47,653 nucleotides of DNA from Planctomycetia bacterium. GTDB taxonomy: Bacteria; Planctomycetota; UBA1135; UBA2386. Numbering within the stretch: position 1 is the first letter of the stretch; each line of letters opens with the position of its first letter. Below are positions 17,287 through 25,473 of this stretch, piece by piece. The stretch spans positions 1 to 47,653 of the forward strand of contig SXPK01000002.1 in assembly GCA_005776365.1 (NCBI GenBank), in the 5' to 3' direction. The notes under the pieces are model-generated. The model ran no database searches, was not told the DNA's origin, and saw nothing but the letters and a program-made list of their open reading frames with translations. A program made the position numbers and the translations under genes.

Positions 17287-18437
17287 AGGCGACACGCAGT
17301 CCGTTTGCCGCCTTGCGCAACGTGGACTGGTGGTTGTGGCTTTGCGCCGCGTCGCTGTGCTTGTGCTCGCTCGTGTTCCTCAAGTCATCGACGCAGGACG
17401 ATCCGCGCTTCCAGGCGCAGTTCGGCAAACAGGCGCTGTTCGCGGTGACCGGACTCGGCATCGGCGTCTTCTGCATGCTGCCGCACTACCGCCACGCGCT
17501 GCGACTCTGGTGGTTCGCCTACGGCGGCACGACGCTCGCGTTGCTACTGCTGCCGGTGTTCGGCTCGATCAAGAATGGCTCGCGCCGCTGGTATGACTTG
17601 CCGGGAATCTCGATCCAACCGAGCGAGTTCGCCAAACTCGGCGTCGTGATTGGGCTCGCGGCGTTGTTGCGATTTCCGCGGCGTCCGACCATCGGCAACG
17701 CAGTGCTGGCCCCTGGTCTGATGGCGGCCTTGCCTGCCGCATTGGTGCTGGTGCAGCCCGATCTGGGCAGCACGCTCGTCTTCGTGCCCATCACGATTGC
17801 GATGTGCTACGCCGCAGGCGCGAAGGGCCGCCACATCGCCGCCGTCTGCGGCATCGGCTTGGTCGCGTTTTGCGTCGCCTACTTCACCGTGATGCACGGC
17901 TACCAGAAGGACCGCATCGATGTGTGGGCGCAGCACTGGGCGTGGGATCCGGCTGCGCCGCAAGTGCGCACGATGCTGCGCGGCCAGGCCTACCAGCCGT
18001 GGCAGGCGCTGATCGCCATGGGCAGTGGCGGGATGCTCGGCTTCGGCGTCGGGCAAGGGCCGCAGAATCGCTACGACTTCCTGCCGTATCGAAGCGAGGA
18101 CTACATCTTCGCGGTGGTTGCCGAGGAGACTGGCTTCGTGGGCAGTGTCGGCGTGCTGCTGCTCTACGCAGCGCTCGTGTTCGGGCTGCTGCGCGTGGCG
18201 GCGCGCACCAGGGAGCGATTCGGCAAGCTGTTGTGCGTCGGTGTCGCGGCATGGATCGGCTGCCAGTCGCTGATGCACGCCGCAGTGTGCGCGTGGCTCG
18301 TGCCGTCGACCGGGGTGCCGATGCCGCTGGTCAGCTACGGCGGCAGCTCGGTGCTCGCGACCTTGCTCGGCATCGCGCTGTGCTGCAACGTCAGCGCGCG
18401 ACGGGAGCCGGTGCTGGCTGGCGATGGATTCCGCTGA
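17283..18437 (+). CDS. rodA: SEDS-family peptidoglycan glycosyltransferase RodA
   Basis: The ATG at 17283 overlaps the PBP2 TGA (ATGA). The product is multi-TM. FtsW/RodA/SpoVE signatures are present (IQPSEFAKLGVVI, EDYIFAVVAEETGFVGS, GVPMPLVSYGGSS). Confidence 0.9.
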   Translation: MKATRSPFAALRNVDWWLWLCAASLCLCSLVFLKSSTQDDPRFQAQFGKQALFAVTGLGIGVFCMLPHYRHALRLWWFAYGGTTLALLLLPVFGSIKNGSRRWYDLPGISIQPSEFAKLGVVIGLAALLRFPRRPTIGNAVLAPGLMAALPAALVLVQPDLGSTLVFVPITIAMCYAAGAKGRHIAAVCGIGLVAFCVAYFTVMHGYQKDRIDVWAQHWAWDPAAPQVRTMLRGQAYQPWQALIAMGSGGMLGFGVGQGPQNRYDFLPYRSEDYIFAVVAEETGFVGSVGVLLLYAALVFGLLRVAARTRERFGKLLCVGVAAWIGCQSLMHAAVCAWLVPSTGVPMPLVSYGGSSVLATLLGIALCCNVSARREPVLAGDGFR

Positions 18438-18452
18438 GCGACTCGCGGCCTC

Positions 18453-19727
18453 TCAGCGCCCAGCGCGAATGCGGTCGAGCAGGATCTTCAGTTCCTGCGG
18501 GTGGTAGTCGCCTTGCTGTTCACGTGCTGCAAGGAACGTGGCTGCGTCCGGCGCGTCGCCGAGCATTCGCAGCGCGAACGCGCACTGCACGCGAACGTCC
18601 AGCGGTTGCGTGTCGTCACGCATCATGGCGAGGAGTTGCGGCGCGATGGCCGGGTCGCCGAGCAGGCCGAGCGCGCCGGCGGCGCAGGCACGGACCTCCG
18701 TTGGGCGCGAGGCCAGTCGCGCCGTGAGGTGTGGCGCGGCTTCTGGGCAGCCGAGTTCGCCGAGCGCGCGCATCGCATAGGACTCCGTCAGTGGGTCGCC
18801 GAGCAGCGGCAGCAATGCGTTGCACAGCGGAAGAGCGGCGCGGCCGAGATCGGCGAGGATCTGCAGCGCGACACTGCGCAGGTAGGGTTCGTTCGCTGAC
18901 AGCGCGATGGCGAGCGTTGGCAATCCGTGCTGGCCAGCGCGCGACAGCACGAACTTGGCTTCGTCGATCGGACGCAGCAGAAAGCTCTGCGTGACCGACA
19001 AGTGCGCGGCGAGCAGCGAGCGGGTGCGCGCCGCGTCGGGCGGCTTGACGCCGTCGCGGCAGGACACGCCGGTTCGACGCCACGCGCTGGTGCGGGTTCG
19101 CAACTCCTGCTGCAAGTGATCCCACGTCGGCGTCTCGGGCAGCGTGGCGCCGTCGTCTTGCAGCAAGGCGACCGCGATCTGGCCCGCTTGCTGCGCAGTT
19201 GCCTCGTTGCCCATCGCCGCGTCGATCCAGACGAGACCTGCGTCGTTGCCGAGTCGATGCAGCGCATCGGCCATCCACAGTGTGCACGCGGCGTCGGTCT
19301 CGTCCTTGAGTCGCAGCAGCAGCGCGAACTGCGCCACGGTCTGACCTGACCGACCGAGCAACCATGCCGCGCGCGAGCGGATGGCGGGGTTCTCGTTCAC
19401 GAGGCTCGGTTCGAGGAATAGCGGCGCGTCTTCGTGTTCGAGCAGCGCGCGCTCGGCCCGCCGCGCAATGCGCTCATCGGCCGGGACCAAGTGCAGTGCG
19501 ACCTCGGCGTAATCTCGCAGTTCCTTTCGCAATGGCTCGGCGAGGTCTTGTTTCCACTCTGCGCTGATGCGCTTCAACTCATCGATGCGGGGGATCAGTG
19601 CAAGCGGCGGCAGTTGCGCCAGGGGCGAGACCATTGGCGCGCGATCGCTGCCGCACGCAGCGAACACCGCGAGGCCGACGCCCGCGCCAATCGTGGTTGC
19701 GGCACGGATCGCCAAGCGTCGGTTCAT
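18453..19727 (-). CDS. HEAT-repeat (PBS-lyase type) periplasmic lipoprotein
   Basis: The product is 424 aa with a lipoprotein signal (GLAVFAACGS). It carries repeated HEAT-like units (NPAIRSRAAWLLGRSG; EPYLRSVALQILADLGRAALP; PTEVRACAAGALGLLGDPAIAPQL; LDVRVQCAFALRMLGD). Its ATG overlaps the TGA of the upstream cytochrome gene (ATGA at 19724-19727). Confidence 0.7.
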   Translation of the reverse strand: MNRRLAIRAATTIGAGVGLAVFAACGSDRAPMVSPLAQLPPLALIPRIDELKRISAEWKQDLAEPLRKELRDYAEVALHLVPADERIARRAERALLEHEDAPLFLEPSLVNENPAIRSRAAWLLGRSGQTVAQFALLLRLKDETDAACTLWMADALHRLGNDAGLVWIDAAMGNEATAQQAGQIAVALLQDDGATLPETPTWDHLQQELRTRTSAWRRTGVSCRDGVKPPDAARTRSLLAAHLSVTQSFLLRPIDEAKFVLSRAGQHGLPTLAIALSANEPYLRSVALQILADLGRAALPLCNALLPLLGDPLTESYAMRALGELGCPEAAPHLTARLASRPTEVRACAAGALGLLGDPAIAPQLLAMMRDDTQPLDVRVQCAFALRMLGDAPDAATFLAAREQQGDYHPQELKILLDRIRAGR

Positions 19728-20743
19728 TGCAGCGCCACCTTGCGCTCATCGAGCAACGTGCTGCGCGCGGTGTCGGCGTCATCGCAGATGGGGGTCAGGC
19801 GATACCACATGCGGACCTCGGCCTGCGTCGCGCCGTCGGGGATCGGCACTCGCGCTTCCTTCGACTGGCCCGCTGGCAGTTGGGTGTTCTCGCCGGGTTC
19901 GTCGCGGTAGGGCTGGCGACAGCGCCACGCGCGGCTCCAACCCGGCGCGCCGCCGGTGCCGTCGCCGACGATTGCGTCGAGGCCGCGGAAGAAGCGGTAT
20001 TCCAGATCGACTGCGCGATGGCGTTCTTCAGTCGGGAAGTTGTGGCCCGCGCCAGAGTTCGTCACCTCTAGCACGAGTTCAACGCCTTCCTTCCGCGCGG
20101 CCAATGTGCCCGCCTTGGCGAGCATCGTCTTGTCGTGCGCGCCGGGATACACGTGGCTGCGTCCCTTCCGGATGGTGCCGTCGGGTCGCTTGCGTTCGGC
20201 CTCGGGCATGTGGCAGTTCGTGCAATGGATGCCTTGCGCGGCGTAGTGGCTCGCGCGCCACTGGTCCGTCGTCTCGTGCTGGTTGTGGCAACTCATGCAC
20301 GCGTCGACGGACAAGAATGCCTCGCTGCGCATTGGCTTGCACGGCACCTCGGGTCGGTCGTTGCGGGCGACGATGCCGCCATCCTCGCCTAGGTGGCAAC
20401 TGATGCAGCTGACGCCTTCGTCGAAGTGCGTGCGACGCGGCAGCGTGCGCTTGCCAAAGCCCGTGACCGCGAGCGGCCGCGGCAGGTGGCAGTCCATGCA
20501 CTCCTCGCGTCGGAAGTCGTCGGACAGCGCGCGCACTTCCGGGTTCGTGAAGGCGATGCCGTGGTGCGAAGTGACCCACTCGTCGTAGGCCTCCTGGTGG
20601 CACTGTTGGCATTGCTTGCTCGATTCCCACAGCGGTGCGTCAGCGGCGCGGTCGGCACCGGTGCCGGACGACAGGAACACGATGCCAGCAGCGAAGGCGC
20701 CGACGATTCCAGCAGCGAGAGCGAGCCGAGTGGTGAGACTCAT
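19724..20743 (-). CDS. Pentahaem c-type cytochrome, membrane-anchored or secreted
   Basis: The start is taken at in-frame ATG 20743 (MSLTTRLALAAGIVGAFAAGIVFL), an ATGA overlap with the ABC ATPase stop. There are five CxxCH motifs (CQQCH, CMDCH, CISCH, CMSCH, CTNCH). A ~150-aa non-haem C-terminal region follows, containing NSGAGHNFPTE. Confidence 0.85.
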   Translation of the reverse strand: MSLTTRLALAAGIVGAFAAGIVFLSSGTGADRAADAPLWESSKQCQQCHQEAYDEWVTSHHGIAFTNPEVRALSDDFRREECMDCHLPRPLAVTGFGKRTLPRRTHFDEGVSCISCHLGEDGGIVARNDRPEVPCKPMRSEAFLSVDACMSCHNQHETTDQWRASHYAAQGIHCTNCHMPEAERKRPDGTIRKGRSHVYPGAHDKTMLAKAGTLAARKEGVELVLEVTNSGAGHNFPTEERHRAVDLEYRFFRGLDAIVGDGTGGAPGWSRAWRCRQPYRDEPGENTQLPAGQSKEARVPIPDGATQAEVRMWYRLTPICDDADTARSTLLDERKVALQ

Positions 20744-21765
20744 TGCGCGTTGGCCGTGGTCCAGGGCAAGACACGCAGCGGGCGGCGGAGGCGAAGTTCG
20801 ACTTCTTCGCCGGGCCGGATGCACGTGGCAGCTTGTGCCAAGACGATCTGACCGAGTAAGGCCGCGCGAATCCGGTAGCCATCCTCGTGCGGGACGGAAG
20901 CGATCGCGCGGGCACGAGGCCCATCGCCGGATGGGGGCACGGCGATCAGATCGCCGGGCATCAGCACGAGCCGCAGCATCTTGGCTTCGCCACGCGCGTT
21001 GGTCTCACCAAAGGCCGTGGCGACAAAGCCGTCGCGAGAGGCGTCGACTGGAAGGCACGCGGCACCGCCGAGGAACGCAGCAGCAAAGGCGGTCCCCGGC
21101 GACTGCAGCAGCGTCGTTGCGGGGCCATGTTCGACGATGCGACCACCATGCATGACGAGGATTTCGTCGGCGAGCGCGAGCGCTTCGTCGCGGTCATGGG
21201 TCACCAGGATCGTCGCGATGCCGCGTTCGTCGGCGAGTTCGCGGACGAGCAGTACGAGCGCGTCGCGTTGATGCACGTCGACCGAGCGCAGCGGCTCGTC
21301 GAGCAACAAGACTCTGGGCTCTGCCGCGAGCGCGCGCATGAGGCCAAGGCGCTGCGCCTCGCCGCCCGACATCTCGGCCGGTCGGCGGTCCGCGACGTGC
21401 CCGATGCCGCCGCGTGACAGCATCGCGCAGGACTGTTCCTGGCTCAGGCCTGGCGCCGCGAAGCGAAGGTGTTGCGACGCGGTCATGTGCGGCCACAGCG
21501 CCCCGTCCTGGAACACGAAGCCAAGACCGCGGCGGTCGGGGGACATCGCGCCATGGTCATCGCGGACGACTTGGCCGTGCACGCGGATCACACCCTTGTT
21601 GGCGCGATCGAGACCGGCAAGGCATCGCAGCAGCGTCGACTTGCCGGATCCAGAAGGCCCGACGATCGCAACGCGCGCGCGCGGTCCGACCGCGAACGAG
21701 CACGGACCGAGGCGGAAGGAGCCTTTGTCGCACTGCAGGCCTTCGGCTTCGACGGCGTAGTTCAT
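20740..21765 (-). CDS. ABC transporter ATP-binding protein (FbpC/PotA-like) with a C-terminal TOBE-like domain
   Basis: This is the real part of the 661-aa track ORF and starts at ATG 21765 (MNYAVEAEGLQC...). It has Walker A (GPSGSGKST), the signature motif (MSGGEAQR), Walker B (LLLDEP) and an H-loop (THD). The N-terminal 320 aa of the track ORF overlap the permease gene out of frame and are Arg/Ala-rich. Confidence 0.9.
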   Translation of the reverse strand: MNYAVEAEGLQCDKGSFRLGPCSFAVGPRARVAIVGPSGSGKSTLLRCLAGLDRANKGVIRVHGQVVRDDHGAMSPDRRGLGFVFQDGALWPHMTASQHLRFAAPGLSQEQSCAMLSRGGIGHVADRRPAEMSGGEAQRLGLMRALAAEPRVLLLDEPLRSVDVHQRDALVLLVRELADERGIATILVTHDRDEALALADEILVMHGGRIVEHGPATTLLQSPGTAFAAAFLGGAACLPVDASRDGFVATAFGETNARGEAKMLRLVLMPGDLIAVPPSGDGPRARAIASVPHEDGYRIRAALLGQIVLAQAATCIRPGEEVELRLRRPLRVLPWTTANAQ

Positions 21766-21767
21766 GG

Positions 21768-23384
21768 TCAAGACAAGGACGCGAGCTTGCGCCCAGCGAT
21801 CAACGAGGGCAAGAGCGGCAGCAGCACCGCGATCGACAGCAAGAGCAACGCGATGACGCCGCTCCAATCTTCGTGCTGGAAGTGCACCGCGTTGGCGAGC
21901 CTGCGCACCGCGGTCGAGTTGGCGGCTGGCAGCACGACCGCGAGGTCGAGTTCGCGCAATGACAACACGAAGACCAGCGCCGATGCCGACCACGCGGCAG
22001 GCAGCAGCGGCGGCAGGTGGATCGTCAGCGCGCGCGCGAGCGCGGAGCGGGGCAACATGCGCGCAGCTTCTTCCGCGGCGAGGGGCACGCGCCGCACTTG
22101 CGCCGCGAGCGTGAGCACGCAGAACGGCAGGAAGCGCGCGACGTAGCCAGCCAACGCGAAACCCCAACCGTCGTAGAAGCCATAGCCGAAGAGTTCCGCG
22201 AGCGGGCCGCTGTTGTAGGTCAGCACGAGCCCGATGCCGAGCAGGATGGCCGGCGACGCGATCGGCACGGCGCAGAGCGCCTCGACGAGGCGGCCGCCGC
22301 GGCCCGCGCGGCGCGCGAGCGGCAGCCCGATGAGCAGCACGCACGCCGCGGTTCCGAGCGCGAGCCAGATCGAGTGCATCAGGTCCGGCACGCCTTGGTC
22401 GACGGCTTTCTGAAAGCTCTGCCGCAGGAAGGCGAGGGACATCGGTTCTGCCTTCTGTGCCGAACCGAGCGCCCAACGCGCGAGCACGAACACCGGCACC
22501 AGCACGCCAGCGCCGAGATACAGCGCCGGGAACAGCAGCGAAGGCCAGCGCCAACCGCCGAGCGGACGCAGCGGCAGTTCTGCGCGGACACCGCGTTCGT
22601 CGGCGCGGCCACGAAGCTTCAGCGCGAGCCATAGCATCGTCAGTAAGGCCATCACCAATGGCGCCGCCGCGACGATCGGGCTTTGCCGATCGGCGAAGGT
22701 CGTGCCGACGGCGCGCCGCGTCCAACGCGAGAACACGCCTTCTGAATAGGTGTGCCAGGTCTTGCCCTTCACGGTGAGGAACTCGGGCACGCCGTGGTCG
22801 GCGACGGTGAACAGAAACGCGAGCATGCAGCCAGCGATCAGTTCAGGCAGGATGGCGCGCACGAGCCACAGTTCGGCGCGGCCGCGACCTCGCAGCATCA
22901 AAGCCGCCTCGTAGCCGCGACCGTCCAACGAACGCAGGCCGCGCGCGACCAGCACACAGACGAATGGCGCGTGCGCGGTACCGAGCAGGATCGCGCACGG
23001 CCAGAAGCCAGCGACCGGGAACAGGTCGGCGAAGCCCATCGCGACGAAGATCGGCGGCACGACGAGCGGCGCGATGCCGAGCGGGCCGAGCACGCGGCCA
23101 AGCGGCAGGTCGCGTCCCACCGTGACCCATGCGTGCGTGAAACCAAGTCCGATCGACACGCAGAGCGAAGCGAGTCCGAGTTGCGCCGACGCCCAGACCC
23201 GCGCGCGGTCCTGTGGATCGGCGAACAGTTCGCGCCACGCGACCAGCGTCAGGCCATCTTGCGAGTCGATGGTCTGCCACAGCAAAAGCAGCATCGGCGC
23301 CACGACGAAGCAGACCACGAACAGGATGGCCGCACAAAACGGCGCACGTGCGATCCAATCACGGGCTCGTGCGGCCATGGTCAT
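21768..23384 (-). CDS. ABC transporter permease with duplicated (12-TM) transmembrane domain, FbpB/ferric-type
   Basis: The product is about 538 aa and polytopic, with two tandem binding-protein-dependent transport domains. It lies between the SBP and ATPase genes. Its stop is 2 nt from the ATPase ATG. The start is ambiguous (23402, 23384 or 23378). Confidence 0.85.
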   Translation of the reverse strand: MTMAARARDWIARAPFCAAILFVVCFVVAPMLLLLWQTIDSQDGLTLVAWRELFADPQDRARVWASAQLGLASLCVSIGLGFTHAWVTVGRDLPLGRVLGPLGIAPLVVPPIFVAMGFADLFPVAGFWPCAILLGTAHAPFVCVLVARGLRSLDGRGYEAALMLRGRGRAELWLVRAILPELIAGCMLAFLFTVADHGVPEFLTVKGKTWHTYSEGVFSRWTRRAVGTTFADRQSPIVAAAPLVMALLTMLWLALKLRGRADERGVRAELPLRPLGGWRWPSLLFPALYLGAGVLVPVFVLARWALGSAQKAEPMSLAFLRQSFQKAVDQGVPDLMHSIWLALGTAACVLLIGLPLARRAGRGGRLVEALCAVPIASPAILLGIGLVLTYNSGPLAELFGYGFYDGWGFALAGYVARFLPFCVLTLAAQVRRVPLAAEEAARMLPRSALARALTIHLPPLLPAAWSASALVFVLSLRELDLAVVLPAANSTAVRRLANAVHFQHEDWSGVIALLLLSIAVLLPLLPSLIAGRKLASLS

Positions 23385-23391
23385 GTTCGCG

Positions 23392-24417
23392 CTACAGGCC
23401 AAAGCGCTTGGCGAAGTCCTGATTCGCCGCGGCGAGGTTCTGCGCCGTCCATTCGACGTCCCACGCCATCGCGCGGAAGCTGCCGATCGGCAGGATGCCA
23501 GGGTCGGCAGGCCCGTCGATCCCTTCGCGCAACGGGATCTGCGCGCCCTCGGCAGCAGCCAGCATCGCTTCGGTGGACATTGCCAGGATCCTGTCGACGA
23601 GCTTCTTCGCGCCTTCCTGGTCGGGGCCGCCGCGCACGATGCCGACCGAGTTGGGGATCAGCATCGTGCCGATCTCGCCGTCCTTCTGATCGGGAAACAC
23701 GCACGCGATCGGTTGACCTCGCAACTTGCCCACGTGGTAGTCATCGGTGTCGGTGAACGCCCACGCGACGTTGCCAGCCGCGGTCTCGCGCAGCGTCGCG
23801 CCGTTGCTCTGCAAGAACTTGACGTCGTTCTGCAGCATCGCGGCGAAGAAGGCTTCGAACCCGCTGTCGCCCAGCGCACCCTTCAACGCCGTGAAGTGCG
23901 TCAGCGTCGTTCCCGTCAGCGGCCGCGCGACTGCGCATCGGCCTTTCCATTTCGGGTCCGCGAGATCGCGGTAGCTCGATGGCCAGTCCTTGCTGTCTGG
24001 CAGGACGTTGGTGTTGATGACGAGCACGCGCGCGCGCGCCGCGAAGCCGGTCCAGCGGTCCTGCGGGTCGCGAAACTGGGCGGGCACCGTCTCGGCCGAA
24101 GGCGAGCGGTAGGGGACGAGCAGGCCCTCTTGCGCCAGCCGCACCGTGTGCGCGAGTTCGTTGTTCCAGAACACCGACGCGCGCGGATGCTTCTGCTCCT
24201 CGAGGATCGCGCTGACCAGGCCGACTGTCTTCGCGGCTTCGGTGTCGTAGCGGGCTTGGATCCGCAGCCCGAGTTCCTTGCCGAACTGTTCGATCACCGG
24301 TCGGCTGAACTGCTCGTCGAGCGAACAGTAGATCGTCGGGCCAGCGGGGATCTTGTCGGAGCAGGCCGACGCGAGGAGGAACGCGGTGAGGCCAACAAAG
24401 GCGAATGGGTTGCGCAT
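23392..24417 (-). CDS. Periplasmic substrate-binding lipoprotein, ferric-iron (FutA/AfuA/FbpA-like) type
   Basis: The start is taken at in-frame ATG 24417 (MRNPFAFVGLTAFLLASACSDK, with a lipobox). IYCSLDEQFSRPVIEQFGKELGLRI and WTGFAARARVLVINTN resemble iron(III)-type family-1 SBPs. The upstream 92 codons of the track ORF are Arg-rich and overlap the neighbouring gene. Confidence 0.8.
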   Translation of the reverse strand: MRNPFAFVGLTAFLLASACSDKIPAGPTIYCSLDEQFSRPVIEQFGKELGLRIQARYDTEAAKTVGLVSAILEEQKHPRASVFWNNELAHTVRLAQEGLLVPYRSPSAETVPAQFRDPQDRWTGFAARARVLVINTNVLPDSKDWPSSYRDLADPKWKGRCAVARPLTGTTLTHFTALKGALGDSGFEAFFAAMLQNDVKFLQSNGATLRETAAGNVAWAFTDTDDYHVGKLRGQPIACVFPDQKDGEIGTMLIPNSVGIVRGGPDQEGAKKLVDRILAMSTEAMLAAAEGAQIPLREGIDGPADPGILPIGSFRAMAWDVEWTAQNLAAANQDFAKRFGL

Positions 24418-24431
24418 GGAGCGAGGTTGGG

Positions 24432-25412
24432 TCACTTGTCGCGATAGGGCTGGTGGCATTCTTTGCAGGACTTGCCGAGCGCGGCGAATAGCGCGTCTGA
24501 CTTCGCGGCATCCCCTTGGCGCACGGCCTCGTCGAGGTCCGACGCTTCTACAATCGCACGGTCGAGCACCTTCTTGTAGCCCGCGTCCATCGCTTGCGAT
24601 TCTGCGTCGCGCACCAGACTGGCGAACAAATCGCGCAGCCGACGCGTCTCCTTCGGCGCGACGAGGTCCGGGTGGAAACTCGGCGGTTGCCATTGGTTCT
24701 CTTTGGCGGTCCGCACCAAGTCGTTGACGAGGTCGATTTCGGCCATCGCCGCGACGAGGCCGGTGACCGTTGCGATCGACGGGAATGCGCCGATGTCGGT
24801 GGCCAAGGCCGCGGCATCGGCGGGCTTTGCGTTACGAACCGCGGACCACAAGCCCTCGTAAGCGGGCGCGGTGCCGGAGATTTTCATCCGCTCGACCGCA
24901 GCCGCCGGATCCGTTCGCCCCGCGACGACCGCGGCGGCGCCGACCGCGGCGGCGCTCCGGTGTTTGCCGTGGTGGCAGTGCATGTAGATCGGGCCAGGCG
25001 TGCTTGCGATCACTTGCGCGAGTTGCAGTTGGCGCTCTTGCGAGACCGTGTCGTAACTGATCGGCAGGTGGATGTAGCGAATGCTGTGTCGCCGGGCGCT
25101 GTCGACGTCGGGCACCGCGCCATCGACGGAGACTACGAGGTGGACCCCGAGCGATTCGAGCGTCGCGAAGCCTTCGTCCCCCTCGGGCACCGCGCCGGTC
25201 CACACGCCATCTGCGTAGGCGACAATGTTGTGCAGACCAGGCAGGTTGATTGGTTTCGAGTCCGCGAGTCTTGGCGGCGCGAGCGGGCCGGGTCCGTGGG
25301 CGGGCGCTTCCCGCGGCTCGTTCCTCGGCACCGGGGCGGTGCAGGCGGCGGCGAGGGCCGCGAGCAAGAACCCAAGGCGGACGGTGCGAGAGGCGGAGCG
25401 TTGCATGCGCAT
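24432..25412 (-). CDS. Fusion lipoprotein: Cys-X5-Arg phosphatase-fold (DSP/DUF442-like) domain plus a C-terminal cytochrome c-prime-like (class II) haem domain
   Basis: The start is at ATG 25412 or 25406 (MRMQRSASRTVRLGFLLAALAAACTAP, with a lipobox). The PTP-type P-loop is IYMHCHHGKHRS, in a context (GVHLVVSVDG...IRYIHLPISYD...) typical of small DSP/DUF442 domains. The last ~130 aa are predicted helical and end in GKSCKECHQPYRDK. That is the class II cytochrome c signature of a single CxxCH near the C-terminus of a 4-helix bundle. Confidence 0.65.
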   Translation of the reverse strand: MRMQRSASRTVRLGFLLAALAAACTAPVPRNEPREAPAHGPGPLAPPRLADSKPINLPGLHNIVAYADGVWTGAVPEGDEGFATLESLGVHLVVSVDGAVPDVDSARRHSIRYIHLPISYDTVSQERQLQLAQVIASTPGPIYMHCHHGKHRSAAAVGAAAVVAGRTDPAAAVERMKISGTAPAYEGLWSAVRNAKPADAAALATDIGAFPSIATVTGLVAAMAEIDLVNDLVRTAKENQWQPPSFHPDLVAPKETRRLRDLFASLVRDAESQAMDAGYKKVLDRAIVEASDLDEAVRQGDAAKSDALFAALGKSCKECHQPYRDK

Positions 25413-25426
25413 TGCGCCCGCCTTTC

Positions 25427-25441
25427 GCAACGGGTGTGCCG
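25427..25441 (-). promoter_or_regulatory. Candidate sigma54 (-24/-12) promoter
   Basis: The minus-strand sequence is cGGCACacccgTTGCg, which is GG-N10-GC with the GGCAC and TTGC blocks at exact consensus spacing. It lies 33 nt downstream of the stop of the sigma54 activator gene and only about 15 nt upstream of the ATG (25412) of the phosphatase-fold/cytochrome gene. That implies a very short or absent leader, which lowers confidence. Confidence 0.4.
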
Positions 25442-25473
25442 CGACCGCGAGTGCGGGGGATGGATTGCGGATG

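Noticed and set aside
20740-22725. A 661-aa minus-strand ORF could be read as a large ABC protein.
   Set aside because: The N-terminal ~320 aa are Arg/Ala/Pro-rich and lie out of frame over the permease gene (21768-23384), which has a clear polytopic sequence. The real ATPase starts at ATG 21765, 2 nt after the permease stop.
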